Sequence record: MK327931.1 | DNA from: Escherichia phage vB_EcoM_G17 | Length of the DNA: 64,000 nucleotides | Direction: 5' to 3' (one strand) | Part shown: piece by piece, positions 55,449 to 64,000 of the stretch | Numbering within the stretch: the stretch's first letter is position 1 | Layout: each line of letters begins with the position of its first letter | Translations under genes and position numbers: made by a program | Notes under the pieces: model-generated | What the model saw: only the letters and a program-made list of their open reading frames with translations | What the model was told of the DNA's origin: nothing | Databases searched by the model: none

Positions 55449-56303
55449 TCAGTTATATTCGGTTTTTTCTGTGAAATTTGTTAGTATATCAACACTAAAA
55501 CTTCGAATAACCTCAATCCTGCTTGGCATGAAACGATGTTTATTTTTAATATACAACTCATCATCTTCAATAAAAGACGTAAAAATAAATGTCATATCTT
55601 CACGTGGAATTTGTAAAATATCACACATTTCATTTGCCGATGCTACTGGTGAATCGTTGTAGTACTGAGAGTATGCACTAGATTGGCGACCGATTATAAT
55701 AGAATTTCTGATTAGAAAATTACTACAGTACTGAAAATCTTTGTAGTACTTTTCAATAATGTAAGGCATAAGTGCTTCTTTCACGTCTTCATAACCATTA
55801 GTACTATCAATTGCTATACAGTAATCTTCACGTTCTTTTTTCTCATGATGGTAATCATAAACATACTCAAAGAATGAATTTTTATTTAATGAATCATTTA
55901 AACCAACTGACCCACTATAGTATGATTTTCTATCATTCATTCGATCATCTGGGCATGATGCATACATAGAAGTGTCATGTGATGATGTACCAATATAAAT
56001 TTTCTTAGTAATATGATTATACGCTATGTAATCATAATCTTGAACTCCAGTCAGCATTAACTGGAACATTAAATCATCAGGAACATCAATTAACGGGTAC
56101 TCAAACTTCGAATATCTACTGCGGCAGAAGTTCTTTTCAAATGCTCGGTATGCGATAAAATCTTTTAGATTTTTACAAGATTCATGTTCATGAGCACTAC
56201 TGCTACGTACATTGACATTAGTCGATGTGCAATATCCATCCGAATCTTCGGTGAAGTTACCAGCATAATCCTTATTGTAGTCAACGATTAGATAAAGTTT
56301 CAT
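55449..56303 (-). CDS. hypothetical protein
   Basis: 284-aa ORF. Confidence 0.55.
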   Translation of the reverse strand: MKLYLIVDYNKDYAGNFTEDSDGYCTSTNVNVRSSSAHEHESCKNLKDFIAYRAFEKNFCRSRYSKFEYPLIDVPDDLMFQLMLTGVQDYDYIAYNHITKKIYIGTSSHDTSMYASCPDDRMNDRKSYYSGSVGLNDSLNKNSFFEYVYDYHHEKKEREDYCIAIDSTNGYEDVKEALMPYIIEKYYKDFQYCSNFLIRNSIIIGRQSSAYSQYYNDSPVASANEMCDILQIPREDMTFIFTSFIEDDELYIKNKHRFMPSRIEVIRSFSVDILTNFTEKTEYN

Positions 56304-56355
56304 ACATCTCCAGACAAAAAAAAGGACGAGATAACAAATCCCGTCCTTTGGTTTA

Positions 56356-56661
56356 TTAGTGACTTGCCCAGCAGTAAACAGGACGTAGATTTTCCATTGG
56401 ATTTACTTCAGGCTTCAGTACTGTTACACGTACTTCATATGGAGTTCCATCTGCGTGATGGAATGTTTCATAATGAATACTTTCAATAAATGTTTCGTAT
56501 TCTTCTTGTGAACGTGAACGTACTGATGATGAATATTTCTTTTTAGAATCTGCTTTAAGTGTAACACTAACTAGTTCTGATTCCTCACCTTCTTCAAGTT
56601 TGTTGAAATCGAACTCTGGTACACCTTCAAACATATCAAATTTCATTCCATTGTCTTCCAT
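56356..56661 (-). CDS. hypothetical acidic protein
   Basis: 101-aa ORF, Glu/Asp-rich. Confidence 0.45.
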   Translation of the reverse strand: MEDNGMKFDMFEGVPEFDFNKLEEGEESELVSVTLKADSKKKYSSSVRSRSQEEYETFIESIHYETFHHADGTPYEVRVTVLKPEVNPMENLRPVYCWASH

Positions 56662-56710
56662 TTTTAAATTCCTTTTATATAATGTTAATTAGATATTTTT
56701 AATAAGCAGA

Positions 56711-57097
56711 TTAGATTGTGTCATACTGTAGTGTTCCGTGACGGAATTTTTCAAGTCGTGCTAGAACTTCTTTTCGTTCAACAATTTCTGGAACATCTTC
56801 TTGTAGTTGATCACAAACTTCAACAATGAAGTCCCAATCACTCTCACAACTTTGTCGTACCGCCTCAATTGTTTTCCAATCAGTACTGATATCACCATCA
56901 GCATTTTGATATACAGGCCAAACTTTTCCATAATCAGCAATGGATTTGTCATTTAGAATACGAATGGCATTGAAAATCTGACCAGTACTGAAGTGTTTTG
57001 TATTCTTCATATCTTCTAAACAGCATAGCTTTGGCTCACCTTTTACTTCAATGAGTAAAACACCACCAATTGCTTTTAGGACTGAACTTGTATTCAT
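56711..57097 (-). CDS. hypothetical protein
   Basis: 128-aa ORF. Confidence 0.5.
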   Translation of the reverse strand: MNTSSVLKAIGGVLLIEVKGEPKLCCLEDMKNTKHFSTGQIFNAIRILNDKSIADYGKVWPVYQNADGDISTDWKTIEAVRQSCESDWDFIVEVCDQLQEDVPEIVERKEVLARLEKFRHGTLQYDTI

Positions 57098-57169
57098 CTA
57101 TATCTCCGTTATCAAAAAAAAGATGTGAACATTATATCACAAGAATCTAATATGTTCACATTATTTTCA

Positions 57170-57463
57170 TTAGATTTTAATAATATTGTACCAGTTATCA
57201 AAATCCTCAATTGCTAGAATGAACATATTTTCATCATTGAAATCTAAAATATGTTCATTGTATAGGTAACTAATGTACTTGTTTTTGCATAGTCTAGCAT
57301 TCATTAGTAACATTTCTACTGCACGTTCATAAGAACAAGGAACAAGGTATAACTTAGTACCATCTTGGTGAATAATTTCCTCAGCACCATGTGGTATAAA
57401 ACGTTCTGCTGTATGTGGAATATACGGCTTAGTTTTAAAAATAATTTTGAATTTAGTATCCAT
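57170..57463 (-). CDS. hypothetical protein
   Basis: 97-aa ORF. Confidence 0.45.
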   Translation of the reverse strand: MDTKFKIIFKTKPYIPHTAERFIPHGAEEIIHQDGTKLYLVPCSYERAVEMLLMNARLCKNKYISYLYNEHILDFNDENMFILAIEDFDNWYNIIKI

Positions 57464-57479
57464 ACCAAATCCTCCAGAT

Positions 57480-58328
57480 TTATAATGTTTCTTTTATGTT
57501 ATGTAACATAGTATTAACTATGCACATCTTACCACCTAACTTGTAGTAATATTCTAACTTATTAATAATATTACTTTTTAATATATCAAATATTTGATAT
57601 TCATTTGGATCGAAACTAAGTTCGAATTGGAATGTATATAAATTGTTAAAGAGGTGAACTAATGATGCATCTGGTGATTCCATTGTAACTGTATATTTTT
57701 CACGATAACCAGTACTAATCACTACTTCGGATATATCACCTTTCATGTATATGTCAATATTGTACATCATTGGTCTGCCTGTGGCAATATCTTTCATGCG
57801 AAAGAATGCAGTACTACGATATACAATGCCTTCTGAAACCTGTTCTTGTATAGTGATATTTGAAACTTCACTCTCTTGGAATTTGGACTCGAATGAATGA
57901 GTGTAATTTGTTTTTTCATTATCCGTGTGCATAGTACATGTGTATTTTCCAAAATCATCTCTAGATGTATATGATTTATCACTGCTAGTTTTATAGAACG
58001 AAACACCATTAATATGTTGTTCTTTATACATCATCGTGTCATGGGATTTGTAGTATGAACAATTAGGTGTTGAAAGAGATTCAAACTTGTTCACGTCATG
58101 ACAGTAAGAAATAGAAGAATCGCTATACATTACTACATCACGAATTGCAACTTCTTTTGTAAAACCTTTTTTGACGGAAATTTGAAAGTCATTGTATGGG
58201 AAGATTGTATATCCATCGTATGCATCTGATGTACTGATACCAAATGGTGTAGTAGAATTCAGAAATTCGTTGATATGTTCAAGTACTGAATACTTTTTAA
58301 AATTAAGAAAATCTGAAATATCTAACAT
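57480..58328 (-). CDS. hypothetical protein
   Basis: Track start is TTG at 58334; ATG two codons in has GAGGA SD 8 nt upstream. Confidence 0.55.
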   Translation of the reverse strand: MLDISDFLNFKKYSVLEHINEFLNSTTPFGISTSDAYDGYTIFPYNDFQISVKKGFTKEVAIRDVVMYSDSSISYCHDVNKFESLSTPNCSYYKSHDTMMYKEQHINGVSFYKTSSDKSYTSRDDFGKYTCTMHTDNEKTNYTHSFESKFQESEVSNITIQEQVSEGIVYRSTAFFRMKDIATGRPMMYNIDIYMKGDISEVVISTGYREKYTVTMESPDASLVHLFNNLYTFQFELSFDPNEYQIFDILKSNIINKLEYYYKLGGKMCIVNTMLHNIKETL

Positions 58329-58350
58329 ATACAATCCTCATAAATTTAGA

Positions 58351-58379
58351 CAAAAAATTAGTCGAGAATAAATCTCGAC
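58351..58379 (-). terminator. rho-independent terminator-like hairpin
   Basis: Stem GTCGAGA/TCTCGAC with 5-nt loop, followed on minus strand by T6. Confidence 0.45.
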
Positions 58380-58489
58380 TTGTGTTTTACTTTACCATTT
58401 TTCATTTCTTTTTTACGATCCACATGTGTCTGAGGCTTGTTAAACTCATTCATGTGTTTCTGTACGAAATTGTTTACTTTCTTAGCCAT
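58358..58489 (-). CDS. small basic protein (43 aa), not in ORF track
   Basis: Hand-translated MAKKVNNFVQKHMNEFNKPQTHVDRKKEMKNGKVKHKSRFILD; GGAG SD 8 nt upstream; starts 3 nt after upstream stop. Confidence 0.4.
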   Translation of the reverse strand: MAKKVNNFVQKHMNEFNKPQTHVDRKKEMKNGKVKHKSRFILD

Positions 58490-58491
58490 AC

Positions 58492-58965
58492 TTACTCCAA
58501 ACTGGGATCTTTAACTGTTAGACTTTCTATGTCACTCGCATAAAGAACTACATTGGATTGATTTTCAGACACTTTAAAGTCGTGATAACTGTCTTTGACG
58601 ATAAAATTATCTAATATAAACCCTTTACTACAGCACATCATAATTTTATCATCTTTGATTGTGTAGGTGTTTTTCTTTTTACGTACTTCAGATTGTGGCG
58701 TAATACTATCGTTATTACGAATAACACAATCAATATATTGTTCATTTGTACTCATAGGCATACCCATGATAAACGAGTTTTCAGTACTGATTGTTAGTAT
58801 AAAAACGTTAGTATTTGGGTTGTGAAAAAAATCATGCATTGTCTTGCTACACAAAAATAGACATTGAATAATGTCCTTCACATTAAACATTATATCATGA
58901 ACTTTGAATGCGTCCAACTCTAAAATGTCATCAATTTTCCCATTTTCAACAGTTTTAATCTCCAT
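58492..58965 (-). CDS. hypothetical protein
   Basis: 157-aa ORF. Confidence 0.5.
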   Translation of the reverse strand: MEIKTVENGKIDDILELDAFKVHDIMFNVKDIIQCLFLCSKTMHDFFHNPNTNVFILTISTENSFIMGMPMSTNEQYIDCVIRNNDSITPQSEVRKKKNTYTIKDDKIMMCCSKGFILDNFIVKDSYHDFKVSENQSNVVLYASDIESLTVKDPSLE

Positions 58966-59007
58966 GATCTATCCTTGATCTTCTAATGCACTCCATGTGC
59001 GTTTTTA

Positions 59008-59505
59008 TTAAGTCACTGCATTATACTTCTCTATAGCATTAGTAATATTTAATATAGCTTCAGGAACCATTTCTTTATTGTATTCACGTTTTAAATTTTC
59101 CATTTTCTTAATAATTTCCAAGAAAAATGGCAAAATACATGAAGTATCTGTAAAATTACATGAGTACAAAGTACTCATTTGAAATAATTCACCTGAATCA
59201 ATATTAAGAGATTTGTATTCCTTAACAATGTTTTCGTTTGTATTGAAAATATGAAATACTGTTCCCATGTGATGAAGATATACACCATTCTCATTTTGAA
59301 TATGGCATGGTGTGATTACAATAGCAGTGTTGTCAATATTATTTACTATTGATAAACGTAGACTATGTAAACCTAAAATAACAGTACAATCACTTGAACT
59401 GCTTTGAATTTGGTCAGCAGTTTGTGTAACACTTGTAATATTTTCCCCATCAAGACAACTCTTGATTTTATCAAATGAATTTTTCATTGATTTAGTTAGA
59501 TACAT
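59008..59505 (-). CDS. hypothetical protein
   Basis: 165-aa ORF. Confidence 0.5.
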   Translation of the reverse strand: MYLTKSMKNSFDKIKSCLDGENITSVTQTADQIQSSSSDCTVILGLHSLRLSIVNNIDNTAIVITPCHIQNENGVYLHHMGTVFHIFNTNENIVKEYKSLNIDSGELFQMSTLYSCNFTDTSCILPFFLEIIKKMENLKREYNKEMVPEAILNITNAIEKYNAVT

Positions 59506-59909
59506 TTATGAACACCTTCGAAATATTTGATTAATGATTTTATCATATCGCTACTAATGCCATGTAAGTCAACACCTAAACACTCGTATTGAAAAAAATC
59601 AATATCCTCCAGTGTGTTTAGATCAATTTCCACCTTATCATGACCCAACGAATTCATAATAACGTTTTTATCATTAATTGTCAAGAAAGTTTTTTTATCT
59701 GAACCTAAAAAGATTTTTACATGTTTTTTTGGCATTACATCATAAGATAAAGATTGTGAACCATAAATGTATATGCCTTCCATTGAACCAATATCTATAA
59801 AATATAGACGAATCCCTTTGTGGTATTTTGACTCCTTAGTGATCGCCTCTATTAGTTCATCTGTGGTTGTTAACCTTGTTTCTTTCTTCTCTAAATTGCT
59901 CAAATGCAT
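59496..59909 (-). CDS. hypothetical protein
   Basis: 137-aa ORF. Confidence 0.5.
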   Translation of the reverse strand: MHLSNLEKKETRLTTTDELIEAITKESKYHKGIRLYFIDIGSMEGIYIYGSQSLSYDVMPKKHVKIFLGSDKKTFLTINDKNVIMNSLGHDKVEIDLNTLEDIDFFQYECLGVDLHGISSDMIKSLIKYFEGVHKCI

Positions 59910-60330
59910 AAAATAATACCTTGATCATTTGTAATGTTTCTGACATTACATCAGCAGAAAATTGAACATCAGTGTATTTTACCATAGTACTTTGAGTAAA
60001 GAAAGTAGCTTCAATATCTTCAAGGTCAAATGGTTCATCAAATAAATTAGTACTGAACATATCAGTTTTTTTCTTATAAGTCAACATAAACTTAGCACTG
60101 TATCTCAATACAATTTCATCTTTACTTACTAAAATTCGTGCAATGTTCTGTCTACCCAGTGTTGTAATGTTAACATTAAACGTATTCTTTCGTGCCTCAA
60201 CAATATCAACGAAATAACCATCACCTTGGTAAACGTTATGACGAACTTCTAATCCTTGTTGAACTGTATTGAACAGTGCGTCCTGGATAAAATAATTTGC
60301 AGTATCGATGTTTCCTAAAATATCTAACAT
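59857..60330 (-). CDS. hypothetical protein
   Basis: 157-aa ORF. Confidence 0.45.
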   Translation of the reverse strand: MLDILGNIDTANYFIQDALFNTVQQGLEVRHNVYQGDGYFVDIVEARKNTFNVNITTLGRQNIARILVSKDEIVLRYSAKFMLTYKKKTDMFSTNLFDEPFDLEDIEATFFTQSTMVKYTDVQFSADVMSETLQMIKVLFYAFEQFREERNKVNNHR

Positions 60331-60860
60331 AACTTCTCCTTTATAGCTGTCATATTTAGAAGAAATTCAGTAAGCAATTCCTCCGTAACATGCTCTGTAT
60401 ACCAGAATATCACAATATCTTTTGAAAGTCGTGTATTCATAAAAATATCTACTAACTCTTTGTAGAACTCTAGTGTTTCGAGATTTGTGAGAATTAACGA
60501 GTACTGAAAGAGTAATTCTTCCGTTAGATTAAATTCTGGATAAAGTAAATCATTGAACTCATGTGATGCAGTTTGAACTTTAATTTCTTTGAAGTTATTG
60601 GTTATACAACCGGAATAAATATTTCGGTGCAACTCTCTGTACAACGCAGCATAATCTATGAATTTTGCTTTAGGGTTAAAATCAAGAACACTTTCACCTT
60701 TATATGACAATCGGTGGAACGCCGAGAACATAGTCACTTCCCACGGTTGCTTAATATCTAGCTCAGTAATATCAATATTATTGGACAGAAGAACCGTAAA
60801 AATCTCACCAATCTTTAATAGTAACTTAGTACGTGCCAGTGCTACCATCGGGTCAGTCAT
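60324..60860 (-). CDS. hypothetical protein
   Basis: 178-aa ORF. Confidence 0.5.
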   Translation of the reverse strand: MTDPMVALARTKLLLKIGEIFTVLLSNNIDITELDIKQPWEVTMFSAFHRLSYKGESVLDFNPKAKFIDYAALYRELHRNIYSGCITNNFKEIKVQTASHEFNDLLYPEFNLTEELLFQYSLILTNLETLEFYKELVDIFMNTRLSKDIVIFWYTEHVTEELLTEFLLNMTAIKEKLC

Positions 60861-61273
60861 TATACACCTTCATATTCATCAAGAAAATCTTCGATAATCA
60901 TTTCAGCTTCATCCATATGCATAGCATCAACTTCAATGATGCGAACTTTAGATGCATCCCAAATCATAAAGCTAGGAACATTATCAGGCTCGTAGTCATT
61001 TTTGTACTGAACAGCATCATAACCTTGAGCAGTGCAATTCTCAATAAGTGAACGCCACTCATCATCACTGCCTAAATCTTCACACAGAAGCACGTTATCA
61101 ACATCAACTTCTAAGGTATGCAAGTATACTGTACATGCGTCTACTACGTTCAGTGGGCTTCTCAGCTTGCGTAATGCAGCTTCCAAAGCACTGTGTTTAC
61201 CTCCCATATGAAGACCACCATACGGGATATAAAAGTTATCAATTTTTACAGTACTCGCATGATACAGTTTCAT
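60860..61273 (-). CDS. hypothetical protein
   Basis: 137-aa ORF. Confidence 0.5.
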   Translation of the reverse strand: MKLYHASTVKIDNFYIPYGGLHMGGKHSALEAALRKLRSPLNVVDACTVYLHTLEVDVDNVLLCEDLGSDDEWRSLIENCTAQGYDAVQYKNDYEPDNVPSFMIWDASKVRIIEVDAMHMDEAEMIIEDFLDEYEGV

Positions 61274-61282
61274 ATTTCATTC

Positions 61283-61867
61283 CTATTTCAGTACTTTAGT
61301 CAATGCTTTCACAGCGGTTTCGAGTTGAGCATAGTCGTTAATTGTAAGGTAATGAATACCATGTGCCTTCATTTCAGCATCTATTTTACTATATAAATCA
61401 AACATGTCAAGGATATGATTGTATGCATATGAAGTATTTGAAACACACAATTCTTGGAACAAACGTTCTTCCAAGTCATTCACAACTTCTCCATGAATGT
61501 CAAGTACTACACCATCTTTGTAAGTGTAGTACTCTTCACTCCACTCTTCAGAAAGTCGGAACAGTAACGGATTCCCGCCGAACACTTCCATGTCATAGGA
61601 ATTTATCTCACTAAGTAGTGTTTCACCTGGTTCTGGTGTGAAGTCAAAATATGCGAGTGTTGTACCATCATAGTCCTTGAGTGATATACCAGTATGATTT
61701 AAGGTTACTTCACCATAATTATTATTCTTGAACTTGATTTTGATATTAATCTCAATGTATTTTATTGTCTCATCATCACTGAAATTGTAATCAACTTTAT
61801 ACTTTTTCCAAAGAAGTTTGATATCTTTGAAGTACTTTAATTTACTTTCAATTTCTTTAAAGTCCAT
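61283..61867 (-). CDS. hypothetical protein
   Basis: 194-aa ORF. Confidence 0.5.
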   Translation of the reverse strand: MDFKEIESKLKYFKDIKLLWKKYKVDYNFSDDETIKYIEINIKIKFKNNNYGEVTLNHTGISLKDYDGTTLAYFDFTPEPGETLLSEINSYDMEVFGGNPLLFRLSEEWSEEYYTYKDGVVLDIHGEVVNDLEERLFQELCVSNTSYAYNHILDMFDLYSKIDAEMKAHGIHYLTINDYAQLETAVKALTKVLK

Positions 61868-62459
61868 CTGGAACCACCATTTCTTGAATGTGCTTACATT
61901 TTATATTTGCCATATTGGTATGTAATATAATGCTGTGTTTACGCAATGATTTTACTTTGTAGCACTCATTGAGTACTGAAATAATTCCCCATAACTCTTC
62001 TACACTAATAGTGATAGGTTCACTTGTACTCAGTTGCATCAGTGCTGCTTGAACATCATCTTTGTTATTAATAGTGAACTGGATTCCTCTTTTGAGAATT
62101 TTAGTTTTTGGATTGTACTCAGCTAATACATCACCTTCTGGATAACCCTCATGAAGTAATAATGTTGTTTCAAAATCACCGCAGTTGAAGTTAATTTCAT
62201 CATAATCAGGTACACAAATGTTCCCTTCCCCGTACTCATTAGGTTCAGATTCTAGTGTTAAAATACGCTGAGTCTCATTGCTCAGGATGATAGAATCATT
62301 CCAGTACTGGGTAGTGAATGCTCTACGTTTCTTTTGAAAGCACATACTCGACATTGAACCATACTTCTTGTATATGGACTTCTTGAACTCAATAGCAGCA
62401 GGAGCCACCTTGATAACTTCACGAATTAAGTCAATAGCTTCTTGATAACTTTTTCTCAT
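61857..62459 (-). CDS. hypothetical protein
   Basis: 200-aa ORF. Confidence 0.5.
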   Translation of the reverse strand: MRKSYQEAIDLIREVIKVAPAAIEFKKSIYKKYGSMSSMCFQKKRRAFTTQYWNDSIILSNETQRILTLESEPNEYGEGNICVPDYDEINFNCGDFETTLLLHEGYPEGDVLAEYNPKTKILKRGIQFTINNKDDVQAALMQLSTSEPITISVEELWGIISVLNECYKVKSLRKHSIILHTNMANIKCKHIQEMVVPDGL

Positions 62460-63007
62460 TTATCGTATCCATATAAAATATGATCTAGTGTACTTTGTAC
62501 TTCTTCATGAAAGAATGAAGGGTAAACTTGTATCAATTTATCTTTAAGTTCAAGGGAATGGCATAGTTCTAATGTTTTGTAACAATCCTCGTACTGTGCC
62601 AGATCATGTAATGTACTTAACTGAAAATGTTGTTCTTCGGAGTACAATAAATCATAAACCATATTATCGGATAAAAGATTAGATTTGATTGAAGGATCAA
62701 GTACTGTCTGGTGGTGACCAACCCAAAAGATAGCTTTTGAGTTAATGTTATTACAACCCCATCCTTTCCCCATCTTTTGGTGAATAGCAAATACACAGGA
62801 ATCATACAAATTAATGCTCAGACGTTCTTCGTCTGCATGGATAGTTACACCATCAATAGATAGTGTATATTTGAAATCCATAGCCCCCTCACTTCGTGCA
62901 CGAGAACTAAAGACCAGATATCGATGAATTATGGTATTGATTTTATCTGTCCATCCATCAACACATTTGGATGCACATAATGTAAAAAGATCATGATTGT
63001 AGTTCAT
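62456..63007 (-). CDS. hypothetical protein, FQxSTLxD-motif paralog family
   Basis: C-terminal HFQLSTLHDLAQYED. Confidence 0.5.
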   Translation of the reverse strand: MNYNHDLFTLCASKCVDGWTDKINTIIHRYLVFSSRARSEGAMDFKYTLSIDGVTIHADEERLSINLYDSCVFAIHQKMGKGWGCNNINSKAIFWVGHHQTVLDPSIKSNLLSDNMVYDLLYSEEQHFQLSTLHDLAQYEDCYKTLELCHSLELKDKLIQVYPSFFHEEVQSTLDHILYGYDK

Positions 63008-63068
63008 AAAATTCTCCTTTAGGACAATGTATCATACAAAAATACCAGAGTCAACCCCTGGTACGAAT

Positions 63069-63650
63069 TTAATCCATCATAAGTGGGATAATTGCCCATA
63101 TCTTTTTCATAATCATATCTTCAGTAAAAACAAATGTTTTAGGAGCAGTATATGATATTGACACACCAAATGGAAGTTTGATTGCATCATCAATTATATT
63201 ATGAATATCAAACCATGTTTTAACATAATCATACGGTGGAAGTTCATGAATTGTACTTAACTGAAAGTAATTCTCTTCACCAAAATCACTATATTCAATT
63301 TCACAAATTTTAGTGAATTGATGATTCCATTTAGATATAATACTATTTTTATTATTGTACATAGTAGTTCTATGCATAAAACCATTTTTGCTAGTATGAT
63401 TTGATATTACGTTTTCTTCAATGTCAGTATCTATTTTAAAATTCATATCAAAGTTGTAGTACGGACTTGACGATTCTTTGAATTTTAAATGTAAATTGCG
63501 ATTGTTATTAATTTCAATTTCAATACAAAACACATCTGAATCAAAACGATTAAACTTGTAATCGTTATCTTCCGGTAGATTCTGTATTTTTTTCATAATA
63601 CTAAGCATAGGGTGTACTACACTTTTAATAAAATCATTTGTTATTTTCAT
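63069..63650 (-). CDS. hypothetical protein, FQxSTLxD-motif paralog family
   Basis: C-terminal YFQLSTIHELPPYDY. Confidence 0.5.
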   Translation of the reverse strand: MKITNDFIKSVVHPMLSIMKKIQNLPEDNDYKFNRFDSDVFCIEIEINNNRNLHLKFKESSSPYYNFDMNFKIDTDIEENVISNHTSKNGFMHRTTMYNNKNSIISKWNHQFTKICEIEYSDFGEENYFQLSTIHELPPYDYVKTWFDIHNIIDDAIKLPFGVSISYTAPKTFVFTEDMIMKKIWAIIPLMMD

Positions 63651-63966
63651 AGTATTCCTTTAGAACTTTATATGATTCAACAATACTATCTTGTGTATAA
63701 TTTGAACTATATACAACAGCACTTGTTTTAGTTGACCATAGATATGACATAAAGGTTATAACACTACTACATGGACTTAATGTATTGTTTTGAAATTCAA
63801 TTTCTTCAATGTTATCAGTACTGGTATAGATGAATTGGAAAGTACCCATTGATTTATTGGACAGCGATACTATAGTAGAATCCGTACCAGGACTATACAT
63901 GAATGTCTCATTACTAATTGAACTATCATTAGTATATGATGGTTTGGGAATATAAATCAAACGCAT
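63634..63966 (-). CDS. hypothetical protein
   Basis: 110-aa ORF. Confidence 0.45.
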   Translation of the reverse strand: MRLIYIPKPSYTNDSSISNETFMYSPGTDSTIVSLSNKSMGTFQFIYTSTDNIEEIEFQNNTLSPCSSVITFMSYLWSTKTSAVVYSSNYTQDSIVESYKVLKEYYENNK

Positions 63967-64000
63967 GATATCGCGTTCAAGACCTGACTTATTACTTTCC

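Noticed and set aside
52682-62805. ORFs 52682..52903, 53890..54213, 53999..54193, 55408..55662, 56761..56952, 57794..58009, 60658..60897, 60833..61051, 61048..61299, 61193..61396, 61363..61614, 62617..62805
   Set aside because: Overlap better-supported minus-strand genes; no SD or motifs.
1-64000. CRISPR array, integrase or other temperate-lifestyle markers
   Set aside because: No regularly spaced direct repeats and no recombinase or repressor-like ORFs were seen; gene content fits a virulent phage.

Overview
This 64 kb window appears to be a contiguous piece of a large, low-GC (about one third G+C by eye), virulent tailed phage of a Gram-negative host. Nearly every gene runs on the minus strand, tightly packed, with ATGA-type start/stop overlaps and Shine-Dalgarno-like GGAG/AAGGA motifs. 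Recognisable T4-type enzymes are present but not in T4 order: anaerobic ribonucleotide reductase NrdD and its activase NrdG, ATP-dependent DNA ligase, dCMP deaminase, polynucleotide kinase/3'-phosphatase, RNA ligase 1, PhoH-like ATPase, ClpP, two metallophosphatases and a Dam-like N6-adenine methyltransferase. Coordinates 2,000-15,000 hold a structural module: two paralogous ~900-aa tail-fibre-like proteins behind a TATAAATA late-promoter-like motif, plus a 929-aa Trp-rich protein. A separated spanin pair and an HNH endonuclease lie at the low end. The rest is dozens of small hypothetical early-type genes, several in paralogous families. No tRNA, rRNA, CRISPR array or integrase was found. Main leads for something undescribed: (1) a roughly 7-fold excess of the palindrome AGTACT spread across the whole window; (2) an NAD-linked accessory cluster (REC-like protein, Nudix, Sir2) next to an HslV-like peptidase and a secreted ClpP-like peptidase; (3) an acyl-carrier-protein-like protein whose attachment serine is replaced by Trp; (4) a ~540 bp GC-richer non-coding island at 54.85-55.4 kb. 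All calls rest on reading the sequence and the supplied ORF track; no database search was run. ORF-track starts are longest-ORF and include TTG/GTG, so several true starts may lie further in.
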